Shown: piece after piece, positions 55,320 to 64,000 of the stretch
Layout: each line of letters begins with the position of its first letter
How positions within the stretch are numbered: the stretch's first letter is position 1
Assembly (NCBI GenBank): GCA_965112155.1
Contig: OZ218100.1
Length of the DNA: 64,000 nucleotides
Direction: 5' to 3' (one strand)
DNA from: Podarcis liolepis
Lineage: Eukaryota
Notes under the pieces: model-generated
Databases searched by the model: none
What the model saw: the letters and a program-made list of their open reading frames with translations, nothing else
What the model was told of the DNA's origin: nothing
Made by a program: the position numbers and the translations under genes

Positions 55320-56230
55320 AACAATGTAATTTATCCATATGGGCTACCACTTGAAGTGTACCACTTTCCATCTAATGCCCATCTAATGCCCAGTCTTTAA
55401 GGGCACATTCCCATACTAAAGGTTTACTGGACGAGGAAATAAAAGATTTGATGGGAGCTCTATATACTGGCAGAACACCAGATATGCTGCTGCCGTGGGA
55501 GATACATTTGGCACAATTGTGCAGATACGTTGGTGGAATGGCCAAAACCAAGTGGAGTTGTGGTTTCGACATGGCCGGAACAGAGGAAGAACACGTTTAT
55601 GCTACTTTCTAGACTCTCCCAGACTACGCACACCCCGGTCAATGGTGCAACTTTACACCATCCCTAGATCAGGTGCATATTTTTTTTCCCATCACACACA
55701 TTTTATGCTCATAAGGGGGAATTCTGGTAGCAGGACACTATGGAGAAAGAGCACTTTACACCCTGAGCTTGCAACACATCTGGGAATTGGAGCACATTGC
55801 TAACGCTTCTCTAGAATTCCAGACACAAATATCCAACACCAAACTCTACTCCACTCCAATACCCAGGGATGCCAGGACAGAGCACACACACAGGGTACTC
55901 CCGCTCCCATGCCTCCCGAGTCCCTATGGGAATATGGGCATCGTCTGAACTATACTGCTCCTACCTTGCAGCAATTAGGAGCAGGATCGCGCACACGCAG
56001 GCAAGGCCCTTATCCCGCAGCCATGCAAGCTCTCTGCCGTCAAAGACCAGGTACTCCAACTGTTGCCACTACTGTACCAGTCAACACTCATGAGCATTTT
56101 TACCTTGCATTCTCACAGATGGATGAACGGGGCAGAAAAAGCTGTCCCCATTCTTGCAAGAGTTCCACAACAACCCCCAAAGGGGAAGGAGTATGTATAC
56201 TCACAGTCAGTGTAGTCTCTCTTCCTCCAC
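55320..56230 (+). pseudogene. Highly degraded retroelement or viral pol-like remnant (Gypsy integrase or hepadnavirus-like)
   Basis: GC/CpG-richer island with frameshifted motif fragments (see findings); identity unresolved. Confidence 0.35.
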
Positions 56231-59174
56231 AAGGTGTACAGCTAATGGTGGCAGAGCACTCAGGTAGCATTACTCCCTCTTCTCTTTCAATCCCTCACAC
56301 ACTGTGTGTTCAGTATATTGCTTGTTATTTGCTGTGGTGGTGTTCCAAGGGCACTAAGGCCATGTCGGTCATTTTCACATTTTCTACTTGTACGTTCTTT
56401 CCCCTCTCCTCCAGGTTGAACACACACTCGATATGGTGTCTGAGCGTACGTGTTCAGACAGTGCCTTGTCAGTGGTGGCACTACAGTTTTGGAATCAACT
56501 TCCTAGTTGTATCTGTGTATCTCTCTCAGATATCACAGAGGTTTTCTTTTGACAGGCTTTTAAATTCAACAATTTAATTGCTAAAGACAACTTCTATCCA
56601 TTTTTTGGTGTTGTTTGTCCTTGTTTTATTCCTATTTTGTTTTTATACTCTTAGTGTTTTACTTTTAAAAAATGCTTTAGCTGTTTTGGAGCAGAAAGGT
56701 GGTATAAAAATGACAAAGTACTGAGTTAGCATACCAGGTCCAATAAATTGAAGCCACCAGAATGTGCCTTTGTTGTGCAAGAATCATATTGATTGGATAT
56801 CATGGTGCATTACAATTGTTTCCACATTTCCACTTCCTTGGATTTCTGTTTCTTGCTTATCCTCTCTTCCAATATCCAAATTTAGACAACAGTCCCCACA
56901 ATTATAAATAACAATACAGAAAACACAGAAAGTATTGACTGTTGCTTGCAGATGTGGGGATCATGCCTCATTTAATGTTTATAATGCACACTCTACTTGT
57001 GCCAAAATTCAAGGTAGTTACACATTTTATGGAAAAAAGGGTAGGACAACTAAGAAGAATGGAAATTCAAGCTTCACTAACTCATTTCCTAGGAGAGGCC
57101 ATTGTCCCAGAAAAAGTGGTATAACTAAGTTCGACAAAAAAAATCTCATTCCCTGAAAGGCATAATATCAGAAAGAATACCATTGTGCGGTAAGTAATCT
57201 GAATCAACATTGCATGCATGCACATCCACACAGTAATATACAGTGCAGAAAGGGCCCTAGTGACATCACTGATTGCCACCAAGTGTGGTTTGGGCGCAGT
57301 GTATGTTGATAATTAATGCCTATTTGTAGCACATGAGAGAGGAGAATCGTCCTACTGCTTTTGTGGGAATTTTTAAATCTGCATTTGTTGACTAGTGGAG
57401 AAAGATGAATGAAGTGAACATGCACTTCATATTTCATCTTGCAAAGTACACGATTCAAAAAAAGAAACAGCCCTTCAGTGCCTCTGATCTTTAATTAAAA
57501 AGTCAAGAGCTTTAATCCAATGCTACCAAAAAATAATAGAAAATTAAATATAAAAACTTCTCTCCAGGAAAACAGGGGGGAAAAATAGCCTGTGGTTCAC
57601 TTATGCCTATGATTAAATATAGAAAAATGGCAGTTTCTTAGAATGGAAGGCCAGCCAGCCAGACAGCACAGCTTTTCCACAGAACGTTGGGACGGGAAAA
57701 TGCAGAATGTGTTTATTTGGAAGAGTCTTTGACTCGTCTTAATTTTGACCGCCATTCAAGGTCTGTGCAGCTGAATTGTCATTCATTGGGGATATGTACA
57801 ACCTGACCCAATATGTTTATGATCTAGTGGCACTATTTTAAAAAAATAATCCCAACATACCATCTGCACCCAAATGCTTGAGGCAGAAATTATTATAAGT
57901 AGTTGTACTTTTTAGATCGGTTCATATGACGTGGGACAGAATGGCTCGATTTGCCTCAGGCGAGAAATCGACACTAGAAGTGAAGAATTTTATTTACAAA
58001 TAGCTGTCCAAGTATGTCCTTAAACACATCGTGTTAGCCCACCTCCTGTTTGGGTCTTTAAGACTTCCCATCCATTCCCCATCTCTGCTCCACTTACTGA
58101 ATTGGATCCTAAATACATGACTACTTCTTCCACATTGTCATCTCCCAGACTCATCAAGAGCATGTTGTGAGGTCTTCTCTACTGCAATGTTAGAACTTGA
58201 AAGTCATTTCTTGCAAGGTTAGGTTAAGTTAGGTTTATTACACTGATATCTCACCAAATGTGATAAAAGCACTAGGAAACATTTAAAGACTTTTTAATGT
58301 TATTTAGGCTGGCTTTTGGTGGCAGAAGTTAGGCTAGGTAGAATTTAGTTTTTATTATGATTCATTCACTGCATTGGCTTCAGTTATATTATATGTTGTT
58401 TAATGTTAATGTATTATTACCCATCTGGTGCCTTTGTTCAAATAAAATATGTATCGGAAGTAATTAGGCCGGCCCCGCGCTTCATTGTGCTGCTGCTGCT
58501 TCTCTTTCCAAAATCGCTGGTATAAGAGTGCAATAAGCACAGGTGAAAGATAGATATAATGTGGATCATCTAAAAGTGGACTACCCAGCAAAGTGCAAGA
58601 GGCCACAGCTCTGACAAGTTGTCCAAGGTAGTAAACGTTGCCAGTGGCTGCAATGCTTTCAGTATGAAAAAGCAACAACATTGATTAGAAAAATGTGAGA
58701 CTGTCAGCTCACTCCCAAGTTGGAACTTGTCCCTTCAGAAATGTGGTTAGGAGTGTAGTGTGACTGTCTTTTTATATTTCCATATGAAGCCCTAAATCTA
58801 AAACATACAAGTTTCTGCATTGGACCATAAGTTTTGTGTTAATGTTGACCCAGAAATCCTAGAAACATCATTACTGCCATCAGTTGATTTGTTTTAATGT
58901 TTGTTTTATTTAGAAAATTTATTAATGAGGAAGTGAGAGCATTATCCAGAGCTGGGTTTATGGTGAGCTGCTGTAAGTATAACCCTATGACCTTGATTCA
59001 GCCCTCTGTGGAATCAAAAGATTAGAGGGCCACCATTGCCATTCACAGTAAGAGGAGGAGGAGGAGGAAGAATAATGAAAAATATCTTATTTCTAACCAG
59101 ACCTCTGAACGGTCTGGCTGTTCTGAGATTCTGGGTTTCTGATGTTCCACATTGGTTTTGTTCCGCTTCATTAC

Positions 59175-59257
59175 CAAGCAGATTTGTAATCTGAGAGTCA
59201 TTATCCCGAGTTGAAACTAGGAAGGATTCCAACTACCTGTTTCCTTGTTAAAACATC
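59175..59257 (-). other. Candidate internal exon of a minus-strand transcript
   Basis: Branch-like CCCTAAAT and TTTTTTCCCTAG|G acceptor; TTG|GTAATG donor. Confidence 0.5.
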
Positions 59258-60348
59258 CTAGGGAAAAAACATATTTAGGGGTATCTTGGATTCAACGTTC
59301 AATTTAGAAAAACAATTCAAGAAAAATAAAATTTAAGTGGAAAATGATAATTAAACAGAAATGTTTTTAAACAGTAATATTATCCTTTGCTGGCAAATGC
59401 CGCTTTCTTTCACATCTGGAAACATGTCTTGGTCATCAAATGAAGCAAGCTAGATTGCCTAACTGCTGTTGCCCTGCCCCTGCTTTTTAAGAGGTTTGTC
59501 TCTCAGTCTAGAAAAGCATACCTCTTCCACATCACTCAGTCAGTCAACTATTATCACATAATGCAACAGTCTCAAAGCCCCACAGAAGTACCACAGCTTT
59601 ACCACGTTCACTTAATTCTGAAAGTTGTGTGTGGCAACCAAACAGCACGCTGTTAGTGGCTATCTAGTCATATTACACTGTTCAGGTTTTAAATATATTT
59701 AGCATTCTGTTTGGGAAACAGTTATTTATTCTGTCTTGTTTTGAGGAGAGGCCCAGAATTGACGAAAGGAAGCCAATAAAAGACAATAAAACAGAAGTAA
59801 ACATAAGCTTCTCTCTGCCGTTACATACTCTGACTAGTTTGCTTGCAGTGCTATATACATGCATTTTTCATTTATAAGCTCTAAATCATCTTCCCAGTTT
59901 CTTCTTTACTGCTTTCTCTAAAATGGTCCACCTATGTTAGGTTTGGATGAAAATTTTGTAAAAGAGGCTTATTTATCTGCTTTGGCTCAATGCACAGGTA
60001 CATTCATTTTGGCTGTGTCAAACTGGAACCCAGAAAGCGCTGCTTACTATTCTGGATTTTTAAAAAACTGCTCCACACTGGCTTTTCCTGAAGCTTCTCT
60101 TATGTATAAAAACCCTGTCAGGGATTTGCAAGCAGCAATAGCAGCAGCCTGCAAGTCTTTCAGCATCTCTGAACAAGCCAGTACCCTTTTCCCTTTACTT
60201 ATTTTGTAAAAAAAACACACCAAAGATTTGATAGGACATTCACAGTATATCTAACCCCTCTTTTCCTCAATCCCCGGCTCCACTTTATTTTCCCAACACA
60301 CAAAGAAACACACACAGGCACAGGTATCCATGTAAACAATGTATTTAC

Positions 60349-60890
60349 CTTCCTTTTTTTTTTTTGCTGCTTCTTCTTTGCATAACATTCATTTTGTGAT
60401 ACTATTAAATCTCAGCCGTCTGCTGGACGCACAAGCCATCTTAAGATGGTTTTGTTTTGCTTTTCCAAGCCCTTCCAAGAAAATTAAAATGGAATAAGGA
60501 GGGTAGGGAAGAGACAGCACAAGAGGAGCTACATTCGGCATGAGATTTATGGTACATTTCACTGCCCCGAGGATCCTTAAAAGGGGGGGGGGGACACACA
60601 CACACCAGAAAGCAAGGGAGAAAACTGTACTTACATTACTGCACACTCCTGCAAATCTCCTCCACCTTCCCCCTCCCCTTTACAACCTGATAGTACTACA
60701 CATTGCATTCCTAGTGAGCTCCGTTCTCTGGATACCGAATTAGAACCCCGAGCAAAGGATCAACCACTTATCTCTTTAATCTACGATTTAAAGTACATTA
60801 AGATCAGAGCGAAAATAAAATCACTGACATGGCATGAGAATATTATAACACACATGACAGACCTTTCATGCCTCTATGTATTTCCCTCCC
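60349..60890 (-). other. Candidate first exon of a minus-strand transcript
   Basis: Donor GGAAG|GTAAAT at 60347-60349; YY1-like GCCATCTT motif; lies next to the CCAAT promoter; 5' end unknown. Confidence 0.4.
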
Positions 60891-60894
60891 TTAG

Positions 60895-61010
60895 TGACAG
60901 ACGTTTCATTGGCTTCTCGCCGCGGCACGAGCCCTGCCGCTATTGGCTGGCGAGGTCGGGCTTATCCCTGTTGGTAGGCAGAGGCTGGCTGCCGGACTGG
61001 CCAATCGTGT
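60895..61010. promoter_or_regulatory. Small CpG-rich promoter with three CCAAT (NF-Y) boxes
   Basis: ATTGG at 60908 and 60942 (34 bp apart) and CCAAT at 61001, within a local CpG cluster. Confidence 0.65.
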
Positions 61011-61444
61011 GTTTTGTTTCCAGGAGAAACATGGCATGTATAGCTATTTAAATCCTACTACACGGTGATGTAAGCGAGGGGGCTGTTGTAAAAAAAGAAG
61101 AAGAAGAAAAAGGAGGGTGGGAGAAGAAAAGAGGTTAGTAATAAGGCAAACTGAAAGGAAAATCTTGTCAAGCTGAATTATTTACAGTGCATGAGTTAAT
61201 CCAACTGGAGACAAATATAAGTGACCCACCACACCTGCACATTGAACCAATATGTTAAAACCCTCTTCTGCAAAGAAATCTGCACAAACACATATGGCCC
61301 CTCTATTAGCCCAAATGCTGAGGTAATTTAGAGACACTGTTTTTGTCTCTTGACATAAATCGTTAAAATTCAAACACTTGGATTAATATTCAGGACGCAT
61401 CCTCTCAAATACTCTGTTGCTGCTATATATAAATAAAAGAATCC

Positions 61445-61446
<2 letters not shown>

Positions 61447-61495
<49 letters not shown>
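61447..61495. repeat. (AT)n microsatellite
   Basis: Directly visible. Confidence 0.95.
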
Positions 61496-61497
<2 letters not shown>

Positions 61498-61960
61498 CCT
61501 TGATCTACAACTTGCTTAGGGAGAAAAACACCTTTCTCTTTTAAAATGCAGTGTAGTACCATTGTTAGAGGGCTGTATTTTTGCAGTAGGGTTGATATTT
61601 TAAAGGACTGTCCAAGAACATTACTGCATGGAGTAGTAGGCACAGAGGTTTTATGGAGAATCATTTGGAGTACCGTATCCCTTTGACCCATTTGCTATAT
61701 TCCTTCTCTTCCTACATTCATGCAAGTGGTCAGAGAGATTCCTCCCCTGACCCTGTACAGTTTATCTCACCCAGTAATACAGCAAGCATAGTAATGGTAA
61801 TCCTGGTCCTTGTGCTGTTAAGCTATTTGTATTTGAATTTCCACCCAAACAAGATTTTTACAGTAAGTTATTGGAAGAAAGGACAAGATTTGCACATCCA
61901 CTGTATCTGGGAATCCCAGGGAACAATATTACAACATGGGCTTCTGTTTTGCAGGGGCAC

Positions 61961-62103
61961 CATGGGTGTAGCCGGGGGGGGGGCAGCTGCCCCCCTAGAT
62001 CAAGTAAAACAATAGAAATACTTAACTAACTGATCAATCACATCGGTTCTGCCCCCCCCCCCCGGTCTTGCCCCTCCTAACAAAAATCCTGGCTATGCAC
62101 ATG
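61961..62103. mobile_element. hAT MITE
   Basis: TIRs CATGGGTGTAGCC / GGCTATGCACATG; TSD AGGGGCAC / AGGGGCAG. Confidence 0.8.
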
Positions 62104-62175
62104 AGGGGCAGAGGATTTTAAAATCTGTTCAAGGAGAACCCTCTGAAAGCTTATTGCAGCTACCTTCAAGTAGAA

Positions 62176-62910
62176 CAGTGTTTCCCAACCGGTGTTCCGC
62201 GGCACACTAGTGTGCCGCGAGACGTTGGCTGGTGTGCCGTGGGAGGGAGGCGGGCGAGTCGGGCGGCGAGAGGCGGGGCGGCGGCGGCAAGGATCCGCGT
62301 AGAGCCGGGGGCGGCTCCGCGGTGGTGGTGCCGAGGTTTCTCTCTCCATTCTCCCCTCACACACACACACAGGAAATAACACAGGATCAGCTGACAGGAC
62401 CCGGCCAATGGGGCGGCGGCGGGGCAGCGCGCGCAAAAGGGAGGAGCGCGAGACAGCGGACGAGGAGGAGGCCGGCATGTCCGGGCAGCAGCAGCAACAA
62501 CAGCAGCAGCAACTCCCGGCGGCGGCTCCTCAAGCCCCGGGCAACCCTACTACCTCACCGGCCTCAGCCGCCCTCCTGCTCCACCCGCCGCCGCCTCCCC
62601 TGCCGGCCACCTCGGCCCCGCCGCCGCCCCCTCCTCCGCCCGCTATCGCCGCCACCACCACAACAGCCGCCGCCGCCTCAGCTGCCGCTGTCCCTCAGTC
62701 CCTCGCTTTGCTGCCTCCTCCCCCCCCCACCCCCAAAGCTTGGAGGTTCCCCGGCAAGGGGAAGGGGAAAAAATTGAAACTTACACTTTCGTGCGTCCCT
62801 CCCGGCGTGACGCTGCGCGCTGACGTCACGGGGCTGTAATGGTGGTGTGCCTCGAGATTTTTTTCATCAAACAAGTGTGCCTTTGCCCAAAAAAAGGTTG
62901 GGAAACACTG
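62176..62910. mobile_element. Non-autonomous hAT (Buster/Charlie-type) element carrying host-gene cargo (Pack-hAT)
   Basis: Perfect 15-bp TIRs CAGTGTTTCCCAACC / GGTTGGGAAACACTG; perfect TSD AAGTAGAA (central TA); subterminal GTGTGCC repeats; very GC/CpG-rich interior. Confidence 0.95.
62477..62700 (+). pseudogene. RANBP9: Captured RANBP9 (RanBPM) exon-1 N-terminal coding fragment inside the hAT element
   Basis: MSGQQQQQQQQQLP...AALLLHPPPPPLPATSAPPPPPPPP matches the human RANBP9 N-terminus as recalled (MSGQ-polyP/Q...AALLLHPPPPPPPATAAPPPPPPPP); the downstream SPRY-leading sequence is absent. Confidence 0.75.
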
Positions 62911-64000
62911 AAGTAGAAGATCTCTAATAGTGGATAAAAAAGCTTGACCTCCATTACTGTCATGGAAGACTTAGTGGACATTCAAGTCAAGAATTGCCCC
63001 GCTCAAGCAGAATGCAGCACCAACAAAAAGCAGAAAATATGGTGCCGATTTGCAAAATTGAATAAACAATATATGCAAATATATAAATAACTATTGATAT
63101 CTGAGCTATACTGCCACTAAACATGGAGGCTCAATTTATTTATTAGTAGCATCAAATACCCGGCACTGCCTGCAAATTTGTAGAAACCACACAATATAGT
63201 AATTTTTTTATGTGATTTGTGAGTTTGGGCCTATCATGCCAAAAACACTATCTTTTTGTGTTTTTATGACTGCTATATCTGATTCTGTCTTATAACTTTT
63301 TGTTATATTCATGAGACTTGCCTTTTATTCAGTGTTTTTGCAGCTGTAGTGTGCCAATAAGGCAGTATATTAAAGAAAGGTCCTTGTATTACTTTTGCCA
63401 TATTTGGTATATGTAATAGTCTTGTAATGTTTTGCATGGAGTTCTCTATAATATTCATTGTGTGGCTACACTGGTGTTTTAAAAGTATACTCTCTAAACA
63501 ACAACAGCAACAAAGTAGCCTCTGTTCGCCATTGCGGATTCATGGTACAATAGACTGCATTTAATTCATAAGAAAGGCAGGAACTGAACATTTTGGAATG
63601 AAATTTGGGTCTCAGTCTTTATAAATAAATGACAGTTATATGGCAGAAATAGGCAATTTCTTCAGCACTTAAAACCATGCAGAAAACCCATTAAGCTTGA
63701 TGGCTGTTTCTTCAATTTGCTAATTTTTGTTTTTCTGCAATACAGTTTTGTGTGCATTTGGTAGACAGCATCATTTAGCTGGCATAGAAGAGATATCATA
63801 AATACTGTACCACAGTTTTTATGTCAAGTATGATCAGACATGAACCAAACTATATGCCAAATGCGAAGCAGATCCCATATTTTAATACTTGGAATAAGGT
63901 ATAACCAGCAGTTACATAACTGATTATCTTATTCTGGACACAGCATTGCTTACTGTTGGAAGAACATTGCAAATCTTCATTCTATATGCTAGTGGCATGT

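Noticed and set aside
62542-62557. CAACCCTACTACCTCA, nearly complementary to let-7
   Set aside because: No pre-miRNA hairpin; it lies in the coding-like cargo (NPTTS codons) and is probably coincidence or at most a target site
62232-62839. GC-rich ORFs as the first exon of a resident gene
   Set aside because: Enclosed by TIRs and a TSD; no splice donor or downstream RANBP9 exons seen
1-64000. CRISPR arrays, operons, rRNA or true tRNA genes
   Set aside because: Eukaryotic sequence; none seen. The tRNA-like segments are SINE heads.

Overview
Vertebrate genomic DNA from a squamate reptile. Sauria SINEs, BovB and Penelope point to a lizard, probably a lacertid (inference). The window is mostly non-coding, and no complete protein-coding gene can be identified. 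On the + strand there is a probable terminal exon and 3'UTR of an unidentified gene (10569-~13020). On the - strand, a CCAAT-box promoter near 60.9 kb and candidate exons suggest a spliced lncRNA or micropeptide transcript in a repeat-poor region that looks rich in conserved elements. The window carries many TEs: a young, internally deleted Ty1/copia LTR element, hAT and Tc1/mariner MITEs, BovB, an L1 remnant and Penelope copies with minimal hammerhead ribozymes. Highlights: (1) an intact hAT element (62176-62910) that appears to have captured the 5' end of RANBP9 (a Pack-hAT); (2) an inverted Penelope insertion containing templated copies of nearby genomic DNA; (3) a degraded retroelement or virus-like pol remnant at ~55.3-56.2 kb. 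All family calls come from motif recognition, not database searches.
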